Part shown: one piece after another, positions 50,571 to 61,974 of the stretch
Layout of the letters: each line of letters starts with the position of its first letter
How positions within the stretch are numbered: position 1 is the stretch's first letter
Assembly: GCA_011109175.1 (NCBI GenBank)
Contig: RDEW01000013.1
Coordinates: 597,221-661,220 of the forward strand
DNA: 64,000 nt
Direction: 5' to 3'
Origin: Dicyema japonicum
Taxonomy: Eukaryota; Animalia; Dicyemida
The notes under the pieces: model-generated
Seen by the model: only the letters and a program-made list of their open reading frames with translations
The model's database searches: none
What the model was told of the DNA's origin: nothing
Position numbers and translations under genes: made by a program

Positions 50571-50709
50571 GAGTGAGCCGTCATCAGTGGACTCTCACTG
50601 CGGAACTGGATTGTATAGAAAGGACACTCACACAAGAAAAAGAAAAAGAAGTGAAGATCATTCCTTGTTCTACGATTAGTTAAAATTAACTGTTCTTTAC
50701 TTAAATAAA
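50571..50709 (+). mobile_element. SINE family B, 5'-truncated copy
   Basis: Aligns with 17234-17375 (CCGTCATCAGTGG..TCACTGCGGAACTGGAT..AAGATCATTCCTTG..TACGATTAGTTA). Confidence 0.75.
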
Positions 50710-50890
50710 GTGTGTGTCCTGCCTATGCGGAGCTAATACCACGGCTCCGTGAAAAAGGCTGTTATTATTATACAATTCTTGTGTCCATGGGATAGGGGAG
50801 TTTGCGACTTTTTTTCCAACACTTTCAAGTGAGCAGGACTCCAAATAGATTAATCCAGGACTCCAAAAACTAACCGCATGAAAAGGACTA

Positions 50891-51094
50891 TACCATTTCA
50901 GGTTTAAAGTGGGTCTTACCAAAAGCAAAGTGGTTCTTACCAAAAGCAAAGTGGTACTTACCAAAAGCAAAGTGGTACTTACCAAAAGCAAAGTGGTACT
51001 TACCAAAAGCAAAGTGGAACTTACCAAAAGCAAAGTGGAACTTACCAAAAGCAAAGTGGAACTTACCAAAAGCAAAGTGGAACAAAAATTATTT
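50891..51094 (+). repeat. Left TIR (204 bp) with 8 tandem 21-bp units AAAGTGG-NN-CTTACCAAAAGC
   Basis: Units counted directly; inner end CAAAAATTATTT shared with the right TIR. Confidence 0.95.
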
Positions 51095-52178
51095 AATAAA
51101 CCATGTCATCATTATTTAACACCGATGGGGCCAACCTCTGAATTCTAGCAATTACGGTGTTGCATAAAGATGGAGTGATTATACATAATGAATTAATCAT
51201 ACTTTCTTCTAACTTTTGAAGTCGAAACTCCGTAGTTGACAAAGCTTCTTGTCTCACACCATTCAAAATATTTTTCATATCTGTAGCAATGTGTCTTTTT
51301 ACATCAGCTTTGAAAACTGACCAAATATTCTCAATTGGGTTGAGCATAGGGCTATAGGGACCCAATCTTAAAATTTTATTTCCGATGAATTCATTATCTC
51401 TGACAATTTCTTCAATTCCTGAATGGCATGGAGCATTGTCTACTACTAGCACTACTGGAAAATTGTAAACTTCCCTGGCTTTTCGTAGACAAATTCTCAC
51501 CCATTCATGGGCGGATTCTTTATTAAAGGATCCACGTTTGAATTCATAATGCAACAATCCAAGGGACCCGATGCAACCAATGAAATGTACATTGGCACCT
51601 CGCGAACTTGTTGCAACGACATTAGCCCTTGTTCCTTTTTTTGATCGACCCTTTTTACGGGATATGTGCATGTTTATATTTGTTTCATCCATAAATAATA
51701 TTGGAATTTCCTCCGATTGATATTCCAATAATGAAGTTATAAATTTTTTTCTTTTTTCTTTATTTAATTCACTATTGCCTTTCTCTGGTTCATACCTGAT
51801 ATCTTTCAAAGAATAACAGGCACCGTCCAAGTGGACTCGAATGGTTTCTTTTGAAACATTTAAGCTGAAATTAGAATTTAAAAGAATTCTCAAGGTCTCA
51901 AGAGTAATCCTAGGGTTAATTTCGAGCTGTTCAACACAATAATCTTTATGTTTATCAAGAAATTTTTTTGCTTTTGATCCCCCTCGCTGATCAGGTTTGT
52001 TTTTGTTTTTCAACCAACGATAAGTAGTAGTTTTCGGAACATCGAGAGATTTTGCAAGTTCCCTCCAGTCACCATCTCCCTCATAAGCCCCGATAATAAG
52101 ATTTTTCTTAATTTCAGCTTCAGACTTTTTTATTTGAGCAGGCATATGAATAAAAAAATGAAATATTTGCGCAGACAT
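51093..52178 (-). CDS. DDE_3 (IS630/Tc1-type) transposase, DD35E, uninterrupted 361-aa ORF
   Basis: HTH (WRELAKSLDVPKTTTYRW); catalytic FMDE, VVDNAPCH and LGPYSPMLNPIE with 35 residues between the second D and E; a second possible start Met lies 11 codons in. Confidence 0.95.
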   Translation of the reverse strand: MSAQIFHFFIHMPAQIKKSEAEIKKNLIIGAYEGDGDWRELAKSLDVPKTTTYRWLKNKNKPDQRGGSKAKKFLDKHKDYCVEQLEINPRITLETLRILLNSNFSLNVSKETIRVHLDGACYSLKDIRYEPEKGNSELNKEKRKKFITSLLEYQSEEIPILFMDETNINMHISRKKGRSKKGTRANVVATSSRGANVHFIGCIGSLGLLHYEFKRGSFNKESAHEWVRICLRKAREVYNFPVVLVVDNAPCHSGIEEIVRDNEFIGNKILRLGPYSPMLNPIENIWSVFKADVKRHIATDMKNILNGVRQEALSTTEFRLQKLEESMINSLCIITPSLCNTVIARIQRLAPSVLNNDDMVY

Positions 52179-52203
52179 GCAAATATATAGGTTTTTGCTT
52201 AGT

Positions 52204-52490
52204 CACTTTTGCAATTGATCTCGACACTTTTGCATGTTGCTTTGTCACTTTTGCCAATGATCTCGACACTTTTGCATGTTGCTTTGTCACTTTTGCAATG
52301 ATCTCGTCACTTTTGCATGTTGCTTTGTCACTTTTGCAAATGATCTCGTCACTTTTGCAATTGATCTCGACACTTTTGCATGTTGCTTTGTCACTTTTGC
52401 AATTGATCTCGACACTTTTGCATGTTGCTTTGTCACTTTTGCGAATGATCTCGACACTTTTGCAATTGATCTCGACACTTTTGCAATTGA
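52204..52490 (+). repeat. Internal higher-order minisatellite of two 21-bp units (CACTTTTGCAATTGATCTCGA / CACTTTTGCATGTTGCTTTGT), ~13.5 units
   Basis: Read directly; lies between the right TIR and the transposase start. Confidence 0.95.
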
Positions 52491-52515
52491 AATTAATCTT
52501 CATCCTATAACAAAA

Positions 52516-52780
52516 AAATAATTTTTGTTCCACTTTGATTTTGGTAAGTTCCACTTTGCTTTTGGTAAGTTCCACTTTGCTTTTGGTAAGTACCACTTTG
52601 CTTTTGGTAAGTACCACTTTGCTTTTGGTAAGTACCACTTTGCTTTTGGTAAGTCCCACTTTGCTTTTGGTAAGACCCACTTTGCTTTTGGTAAGACCCA
52701 CTTTGCTTTTGGTAAGACCCACTTTGCTTTTGGTAAGACCCACTGCTTTTGGTAAGACCCACTTTAAACCTGAAATGGTA
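52516..52780 (-). repeat. Right TIR (265 bp) with 11 tandem 21-bp units
   Basis: Reverse complement of the left array; one unit has a 2-bp deletion near 52741-52745. Confidence 0.95.
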
Positions 52781-53319
52781 TAGTATGGACACCGGGATCA
52801 CTTAATTAGACGATAACTTTATCCTCTTCTCGTGATTTCGGGAGTTAATAAAATAACTAATTTTCACTTGATGAATTTTATGATTGGGGGTTTGTTAAAT
52901 AAACTAATTTTGTAGGAATTGTGCTGTATTTTAGTTTATCCAGTTCAAATTTTAACATCCATGTGAATCCCGACTATACCATAATATTTAGTGGAGTAAT
53001 TAACTTGATGATTACATCTGAGAGAACTGTAAATGAATGTGATAATGGTATGGTCGAGTTATCAATTTTAACGAATCAACTGTTCGATATACGAGTATAG
53101 GAAATTCATTCTTCCTCCAACTTATGATTGAATATTCTACCATTAGATTTAAAATTCGATTGGATAATTTGCTAGGATTAATTAGAGTGACTGTTCTTTA
53201 TAAAATAAAGCGTGAGTTCTGGCTAATGGAGACAATAATTCTTGACGGCAGTGTTTTTGTTGTTATATCTTCTTTTTCTCAGTTTCCTCGCCTCATCAAT
53301 TACTCAGAACTCAATTCTT

Positions 53320-53680
53320 TTATCGTACGCAGATGATCTCAGGATTTCAGAAAAACATCGAAGGGTCGAGGAGGAGACTTTAAACCTGGTAAGTTCTTGA
53401 ACAAAAAGAGCCTCTGTTATGCTACCTCTAAATCTATGTGGAGTACAGTAAACATATATAATTTTCCTATTCCCATTAAGAAGATCCTTTCCATCTTGGT
53501 AGTCACCTTCGACCTCCTCCTTTCACTCACACATCAATTGGATTTGGTAACCTCGAGGATCCAAAAGAAAATTGGAATTTTCAACACATTCTCCAATATC
53601 TTAACCTCCCTTCATTGCAGCTTCCATACAAACAATTTGGTCCACCTAGCCCTAGTTATCGTGAACGCAAATTAAATTAA
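53320..53680 (+). pseudogene. LINE RT C-terminal fragment
   Basis: YADDLRIS; ILVVTFDLLLSLTHQLDLVTSRIQKKIG. Confidence 0.6.
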
Positions 53681-53849
53681 GTTTTATGCACAACTCATTA
53701 GAATCAAATTCTTTGTCATTCTTCGATAATATGAAGTATAACAATACGATGATAACTGTGATTCAAAGCTATCGATCTATCAGCCTTATCTGTTCAATAT
53801 CAGAGATGACTAATTAGCAAAAGGATTTCAAATTTGGCTAAGAGAAAAG

Positions 53850-54800
53850 TTTATAAGGAAAGCAAAAATCATTCAGAAATAGTCAAGACCTCGTAGCTTC
53901 TGTAATAGTTCACCAATATAGAGAATTGATTTGATGGTGCATTGATTCTGACATCGCGATTCTCCAAGCGGTGGAGGCATACTTCACAAAGGATGCTGGT
54001 CTCCGTCGATAAAGTTTTTGATGTATCGTCCAGATTTAAAAGAATTCTCTAAGCAAGTGGACGTAAAACATTTGTTTTCTGTAGTTCCTTTATGGCTGCT
54101 CTCTTGGAATGAGTCGTGATCAGTCTGTTTTATGTTACTCTGATAATTTTTGAAGGGTTCGTTGCAGCCACTCGCACAAGGTTAATGAAGATTCTGGGTT
54201 CTTCTTTATATCGGTGGTCTAAGGTAAATAATGCCCACGTTGATTTTATTGTCGAAACAAGGAGGTGGCTGTCAACCAGTAGATACATTCCCCAGCTTCA
54301 TTTGAGCCATGGAGCTGTGATTGACTTGGAGCGATTTCCGGTGGTTAACTCATCTGCATGGGATAATAGCAGGGAGTCTTCGTCGTCATACGTAGAAGCA
54401 TGTTGAATAGAACTGGAGACAATATGAACCCACGAGACACTCCGTTTGCTATTAAACAAAATCTTGATCTGAGGTGATTTCTCAAGCGTTGTCCTGAGAA
54501 AAGTTTGCCGACCAAAACTTTACGTAGGGATAAATGTCCAATGAGTAGATGAGGTGTTTCCTCGAAACTGTGTCAAAAGCTGGAGATGACTGCAGTTCGC
54601 ACATATTGGGAGGGACTGCATTGAAACCTTCAACAATAAATTGTGGCAGCGTTGACAGATGCGTAGTAGATCTTCGATATGAAAACCTCGATGGAATCAA
54701 TCCAAATTTTCTGTATGGTGTTGCAGTTTACAGATCAATTAAAAACCTGAGTGCAAGCCCGCCAGATTTTTAATACGACGATAACTTTTGAATTTTGTCT
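53850..54800 (-). pseudogene. LINE RT remnant (same family as 27690-29010)
   Basis: AFDTVSRK..VKFWSANF; HADELT..KSTWALFT; YASTAW. Confidence 0.65.
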
Positions 54801-55651
54801 GAAAATAATTCCTGGTAAAGACTTCTCAATTAATGCACTTTAATGTCCATAGCGGTCTATGAAACTGATGGAACGCAATGCTTCATGATAGGACGTATTT
54901 GACACGAGGATCCGCCTTGTCCCATAAGCATTTTCCAGCAAAAAAAATATTTGTTTTAGTGATTCCAAAGAGCACTTTCCTTAATGAGAGAGTGACTAGA
55001 TAGTGTCATCTCGGGTGTACGCAAAAAAAACAGCAATTCACTTTCCATGTGATAAGTTTTTACGGAAGGAGATATACATTATCCAAAGTATTCAAAGGGA
55101 GTCGTCAACTCAAGCTTGATCGTAGTTTTTTCAATTACATGATACGACTCTAAAAGCTCTGTGATCCTTGTCGTTAAAATATAGACCGTTTTTCATATGG
55201 TTGGAGACTACAACAACTGCCGATCTCGAAGTGCAGGCGGATCACAAAATATCCAGGAAAAGATGAAAGCTTGAATTCTGTAGTAAAAGCAAGATCCAAG
55301 TGGATTTCAAAAGGAAGATCCGGAAATTAAAGGATCTTCCTTCAGTTGTAGAATTGGTAAACCTGATCCAGGATTAGACTCAAGTCACCTAGCATCAGGA
55401 TAAACAGTGAAGAATAGTAAAAAAGCCGATCGGAAGTAAAACGCAGTAAAATGATGAACCACCCCCATTCAACAATCCAACGAGGAAGGGGAGGATAATG
55501 AATTTTTAAATCCTTTTCGGATCGAATACAACCTTTTAAGACTAGTCACATGGAAAATTCCACAGACATTGCGACTATTTTATTTATTTATTAAAAAATT
55601 AAACTACAAATAAATTGTTTAAATTAATAATATTATTACTCTTGTGGTCTA

Positions 55652-57762
55652 ATGAAAGATTATTCAGAATTTGATGGAAACCAAATGGGAAGAGTAATGT
55701 CTTCATCAGAAAGGGACATAGACATGGAGAACTTCATGTCAGAGCACCACAGAGAGTACATCACTTATTCCAGTATGAACATAATGTGCATCACCTTCAA
55801 CGTAAATACTCGTTCCCCGAGAGGAGAGATAATAAACATGTTTATCCCCCCAAAAGATTTCAGCAAACCAGACTTGTACGCTCTCTCCCTTCAGGAGATG
55901 GACTTGGGTACAGAAGCCCTTCTCCGTGGATCGGGGATTACTAACCGCGAGCAGGAGTGGCTGAACGTAATTGCCTTGTACCTAGATCCTGGTTATTTGC
56001 GTATCTCCCGTCAGAGACTCCTTGGATTGCCCTTTTTGTACGTGGCAAAGGACTGCCGGGCCCACGTGCGGCTGAAAGACGAAAGGAACCTCGCAACGGG
56101 GCTGATGGGGATCGTGGGAAACAAGGGTGGAGTCTCGGCCACGATCAGCTACATGGACACGACCATAACATTTGTGGGGTCACACTTTCCCGCTCACGAG
56201 GAGAACGTGAGTGAGCGGAACCAGAACTTTCGTGACATTGGACGGGTCTGTGTGGGGTACAATGACGTAATCTTCTGGCTGGGGGACCTAAACTACAGAC
56301 TAACCAACGTGGGAAACGAGTATGTAAGACAGACGATCAGTTCCAACGACTTTGAATCACTGACACAGTTTGACCAACTGAACATTGAGAAGGAGTCGAA
56401 GCGGGTATTTGTGGAGTATTTTGAGCCACCGATAATTTTCCCTCCTACCTACAAGTTCGATCCTGGAAGTGACGACTATGACACATCTCCCAAATTCAGG
56501 GTCCCTGCCTGGACCGACCGGATTCTCTACTACTACTCTAACAACAATCCAGTGGAGTACTTGTACTATAACTCGGTACCCGATGTCCGATTCAGCGACC
56601 ACAGGCCAGTCCGGGCCATTTCTCCGTAACTGTGTGGGCTCAGTGAATCCCGAAAAGGAGAAAGTGATCCGTGGAAAGTTCAACATGGAGAGGACCCGAA
56701 TCGAGTCAAGGATGCAGCCGAAGGCCGAGCTCTCACAGAATGAAGTCAACTTTGGCAATGTATACTTCATGGAGATCGCGGAAAGGATCGTGGAGCTCAG
56801 AAACGTTGGAACTACCCCTCTCAGTTATGAGATTGTCAACATCTTTAACGGAGAGACCTCTTCAGCCCTCCATAGCAGCTGGCTCAGTGTGGAGCCTCGG
56901 TGTCACACCATTGAAGCAGGAAAAACAGAGCGAATCTACCTCTCCGTCCACATCACTATGAGGGACCTGGAGAAGTTCAACCACATGGAGCAGATGAGCG
57001 ATACCCTGATTGTCCAAGTGGACAGAGGATCTCATCATTTTCTGTGTGTGGACGCTTGCCTGAGACCCACCTCGTTTGGAAGGTCCCTGAATCTCCTGTG
57101 CAACACTACCAGCCATTCTCTCAGTTGGATGCGGCTGATTTGGTAGATGGTCAGAGTCAGGAACACGAATTGCCGGTACCCAAGGAGCTTTTTTACCTGA
57201 TCGACCGTTTGGTTGAACTGTATTCTAAGGGAGAGGTGGATATTACCTTGTTCAGTGAATCGGAATTGCTAAGTTCGGAACTCTCCCATATTGTCCGGTG
57301 TATCGACGGCTATTGTGAGTGCTGTTCCCCCCAGAATCTAGTTGGTAGTGTTTTCTGTAATTTAAGCCTCCTCCAACTCTCTCTTTTACTCACTGCTGCT
57401 ATTCATTGGGTCCCTGACTAGACCTCTGATCAAGAGTTCGAATATCACTCTATTCATGGACCCATCATCCTCCTCCCCTGTCAAAGACGTTTGTTTGTGA
57501 GTGATTGTAGGTCCTCGACTACCTCCCGTTCCTGGATCGATGTAATGTGCTGTATTTGATGGCGTTTTTACGATACATTTCGCAGAATGTGGAGTATGAT
57601 GATAAACTGGAGTTTGCGTCGAAGATTGAAACCTCGTTGTTTCAGACTGGTGAATGTCAGAACTCGGATGACGAAAATAAGAGGATCCTGTTTATACTGA
57701 GATTCCTGAACATGGATGATCGTTTGTTGAGTGAGTTGTGTGAGCCGGTTCAAGAGTTTTGA
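55652..57762 (+). CDS. OCRL: OCRL/INPP5B-type inositol polyphosphate 5-phosphatase (IPPc, ASH, RhoGAP-like), with apparent 1-bp frameshifts
   Basis: TFNVN, GNKGGV, VGSHFPAH, IFWLGDLNYR, PTYKFD, VPAWTDRIL, SDHRPV; ASH ELSQNEVNFGNV..WLSVEP; RhoGAP-like LPVPKELFYLIDRL. Confidence 0.92.
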
Positions 57763-57899
57763 TATTTTGATTTATAAATTAAACTTTTTTTAATTTTGAT
57801 TGATCTTCTCTGTAAACACTTGCGGAGTCAGTTGCGAGGAATAGTTGGATCACTCGTTGCCCATGGGAATTCTGGGAAGTTTGAGAATAACTAAAATCT

Positions 57900-58258
57900 T
57901 AAGTCCTTCGTGGGTAATGCAGATTTCACGCTCCTAATCGCATAGGCGCAATCGAGGAGACTGCAGTAAAGGTGATTGGACCAGAACACAAGATCTAACC
58001 TATTGAAAATCTTCTAATTGAATTACAACGAAAAATTTAAATGTGGTTAGTCCACCGAGCTGCATATATTACAATTATGCAAAAATTTGAAAAATATCTA
58101 CAATTATGCAAAAATTTGAGGCGATGTCATGTCCAATGAGATAAGATGTACAGGATTCTCGACCCTGCCGGAATCGTCCTCTCCCTTGTCGGTCTGGGAT
58201 CATTTAGTTAGTTGAGAACTTATATTTCTTATTCTTTGACCAGTGATCCTGGGGGTAA
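57900..58258 (+). mobile_element. 5'-truncated LINE 3' end (same family as 27690-29010)
   Basis: GCAATCGAGGAGAC..CAGAACACAA and 3' UTR TCGTCCTCTCC.TTGTCGGTCTGGGATCA shared with 28710-29010. Confidence 0.8.
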
Positions 58259-59749
58259 TACACTCAATCCCATAAATGTTGACCCAATTCCCATAAATGA
58301 TGTCCATTAGTGAAGGACTCACAATACCAATTGGTCCTGCTCTCATTGGTTACTTGGTCGATGGTTTCTCTTTCTTTTTTTTCGTTCTTGTCTTCCTTTG
58401 TCCTACTAAGGTGTGATCAAATATCTCAGATGACTCCCAGTGTCAGGATGGAGTGAAATATGATTTTTACTATTTCCCAGTCCATTGGTTCTGAATGGAA
58501 TTATGTGATGTTGTAAAATTCCTGCTATGACTGTTTGAATTAAATACATTCGACCCTCGCAAATTGGCCATTTTTGGTTCCATAGAATTTTGTGGCATTT
58601 TGAAAAAAATAAAATCAATATTTTTGAAGAACAATGAACAAAGAATTTTTTAAAATGCCTTAAATGAACAAAAAACGTATTTAAGTTTCCTGACTGTTTT
58701 TTCTTTCCAATACTTGTTTTGTACTTTCTTATTGCAGAAATTAGACTTTCTTATTGAAGAAACTTCATTCTTAACATTAGCTAAGAGTTCCCTTTCTATT
58801 GCAGTTAATCTAACTACAATATCCATTTTGTCTATAGGTCTTACATTTTTCAGATTCTTGTTCACTATTTTCTGAATCTTCTAAAAAAATTTCATTTTCA
58901 TTAAATGAAAAAATTCTGCCTTGGTTTCATATAGTAAACCACCTAGATAATTGATTTTTCGTAAAAATACCTTCAGACCCTACTACCTACATCCATTCTA
59001 CCAACTAATCTTCAAAGTTTAAAAACTTTGGTTTATGTAGAGCTTTAATTACAGTTGATAATTTTTTAGAATCTTTCTACAATAAAAGATTATTTTCTCG
59101 ATATCGTCTTACGATTCAAGTGCAAGAATTTTTTCTCGGTATCGTCTTACGATTCAAGTGCAAGGATCTATATTCTATAATTAACAATTTGAGTTTTTCA
59201 TTAAAAATAAGCCAAGTATAGCGTCCACGAGATGAATTGGAAGATAGTGTCAATTAAATTTTTATTTTTTTCCAATTTTTAAAAATTAGCCAATTAATAA
59301 GGAGAATTGGATTTTTTCCTAGAAAAATTTTCAAAATGTGGCTAATTTGCAAGGGTCGAATGTACATTTAATTAGTTGTTAAATATTAACTCTTTTCTCG
59401 TTGTACCAAGGCTTCTGATAGTTTTAGTAGATTTACAGTCATGGATTGTTTCTGATGTGATTGATAGGGCGCAGTCTCTGAAATGGTTGAATCCGAATAA
59501 TCTCCTTTTGTTTGTGATGACCCAAGGGCAATGAGCTGGATGTCCCAGCGCCAGGAACAGCATGTGGGTCACCTGCTCTTGGAGAAAACTGCCTACATTA
59601 GTATCGAACAACCCAACTTATTTCCTTACCAAGCAACTACCAAATAGTTTGATTGGTAATGGCTAAGAGTGCCAAACTACCGTTCCCATAATTCGGGGGA
59701 TAATAATAAACATGAAGAATGACAAAACACGAACATAATGAATTAACAA

Positions 59750-61266
59750 TCACACAACGTTAATTTGAATGTCATTGTCCAGTTGACGACATTTGACTTT
59801 ATTATTTTTGCTCAGGACTATGTTAATAATCGGTTATACCCAGCAGACTACTAAACACTTTGGCGGCTGTTGACTTTGAACACTTTGTAGGACATATTGT
59901 AGAAAATGTGGTTGACTGAGATGGTTCTTTCTTGCATTTCGTTAGTACAATCTCTTCAATTCTACTATGTCCCTCGCATATAAAAGATTGTGAGGTGTCT
60001 GATAAAAGTGGAACGCATGGATCACTGTCCTTATGTGTGGATACAGTATTTCTACAAATAAACACTCAACAACTCCTGGTAGGTGACTGTCTTAACGGAG
60101 ACATCCATTTGATTAGCCTCACACCTATCACAGTCGCGTCTCATCATCTCAATGCCTTGACTGACTAAACTGTTTGCTAATAGTCTGAAGGAATCTCTAC
60201 TGGCATATTCTGCATATTTGATCATTTTCTGAAAGGGTTCTCACGTAAATATGGAATATACTTGAATATTTATTAACGAATAGCTCTTTTACTTCATTAG
60301 TACTAGCCATGACAAACGATAATATCTGACATTTGTTCATGTTCTCCTTTAGTCTATCCGAACTATAATTAATTGCTGTGTCCTTTATTGTACTATTATT
60401 CTGGGGTTATCCATAAATAGTACTTTCAGTTCATCAATACTCTGCTGTAAACTAAGCCTCTTGGGGGAAAAATGGTTCAGTTCGTTAATACTCTGCTGTA
60501 AACTAAGCCTCTTGGGGGAAGAATGGTTCAGTTCATCAATACTCTGATGTAAACTAAGCCTCTTGGGGGAAGAATGGTTCGACAAATTGCTAACATGTAT
60601 AATATTGTAACCTTAATGGTCGTTTGGCGTCGTGGAATTGGAGACAGTCAATAAACTGGTTATACTCACACTCTGTGAAGGATGGTAAAAATTCGTCTTG
60701 CAGAAATGAAGTAGTCTTAATGTTCTCATCTGGTAATGATATAAGTTTGGGGTCAACACTGTATTTGTTGGTCATCATTAAAGCATTCTACAATATAAGT
60801 GAAGTGTACATATTGTGTCAAGTCTGGCATTTCATACTCATTCAATTCTAAGCCTTTAAGATGAGATTTGCAGCTCTTTTATCTCGATGAGTTGATTTAT
60901 TACTGTTGATCATAGTGTGAATCAGTTTCATCAAGTCATCTTTACTAAGCAATCTAATTTACTTATCAAAAAATCCATTTGTTTGCAATAAATTCTGAAC
61001 ATTCCAATGAATAATCTGGCTGATAAATATATGGATAGTCGGACTTTATTTCTCTCCGTTTCAATCTTAACAAGTCCACTCACGCAAGAATTCAGTTCAA
61101 TACTAAATTTATGGTCACATTGATACCAATTTTTTACGATATTTGCTTCGCAATACTCCTTTCGAGTAATTCTTGTACTTCTCGAGGCAGCCAACCTTGA
61201 ATTATCATTGCTATATTACCAGATTATTCCAAATTTTTCCTTCTTTTTGATCATAAAATTTTCCAT
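59750..61266 (-). CDS. REC8: Meiotic cohesin kleisin REC8, multi-exon
   Basis: Spliced N-terminus KFGIIW/LAASR..RLSIYLSARLFIGMFRIYCKQ (Rec8-type SLYLSA.L signature); C-terminus STAAKVFSSLL/VLSKNNKV; 22-24 nt introns, e.g. 61196-61219. Confidence 0.85.
60425..60580 (-). repeat. 3 x 51-bp coding tandem repeat in REC8 (NHSSPKRLSLxQSIxEL)
   Basis: Units start at 60425, 60476 and 60527. Confidence 0.95.
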
Positions 61267-61762
61267 TGGAATCACTTCTTTTACAAAATATTTATATTTT
61301 CCCGCTTTAAGTTTTTATTTTTATAGGCTTTCCAGCATGTAAATTTTTTATTATATTAATATTATCAAAATTGATTATTATTTTTAATCAAAATGTGACT
61401 TAAAAAGATTCTATCTGCCAAGAGTCATTTGAAACCTGGAAACAAGGAAATATTCTCTCTGCTAAGAGATAAGCTACAAATTGATTGGTATCAATTACCC
61501 ATAAAAGTGAACGGATGCTTTTACATTTCCTCTGAGACCTGGAAAAGTCGAAGTATTGTTTGAGGAAAGCAGGGATCTACGGGTCATAAAATCAAAGAAA
61601 ACTTGAAAAAATTCAGATGCCCTTTCAATGAAAAAGACTCGACATCTCATTTTTTAACTCGAAATCTCTTGTTTATGCTTTACCCTTTGACAGCCATCAC
61701 TAAACGACATTTGACTGGATCTACAATACAAGTAAAAACTAAATAATACTTGTGTTGTTTTT

Positions 61763-61960
61763 TCAAATGCAAAAAATAATCCACAGATTTTTTGAATAGT
61801 AACGATGCTTGGAAGTAAAATGTCTATTTAGTTTGCTAGAAACCATATCATCATTATCCAAAACTTCCATGCAAATTAAGCATTGAGGTAGTTTTCTTTT
61901 ATCATCGCATGTAAATCCAAATGACAAATAAGAATTTTTATATGAACGACGAACTGATTT
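61763..61960 (-). pseudogene. hAT Buster/ZBED5-like N-terminal zinc-finger fragment
   Basis: RRSYKNSYLSFGFT..PQCLICMEVL..MVSSKLNRHFTSKH. Confidence 0.75.
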
Positions 61961-61974
61961 ACCCATTATAATGA

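Larger units (their letters stand above)
50891..52780 (-). mobile_element. Intact IS630/Tc1/mariner-superfamily transposon with long modular TIRs
   Basis: Ends TACCATTTCAGGTTTAAAGTGGG in inverted orientation; TA duplicated at 50889-50890 and 52781-52782; reconstructed empty site ACTAGT. Confidence 0.95.

Noticed and set aside
50906-52762. 21-bp arrays as a CRISPR array
   Set aside because: Units are contiguous with no unique spacers, form inverted termini of a transposon, and no cas genes are present; the context is eukaryotic.
52120-52801. Repeat-encoded ORFs (LTKSKV, FHFAFGK, AKVTKQH etc.) here and at 50701-51148
   Set aside because: Open frames are a by-product of stop-free 21-bp periodicity in several frames; no evidence of coding function.
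56610-56645. Programmed ribosomal frameshift in OCRL
   Set aside because: Two nearby single-base homopolymer deletions explain it, and the same error type recurs in other genes.
59093-59164. 38-bp tandem duplication
   Set aside because: A simple two-copy local duplication with no structure or coding context.
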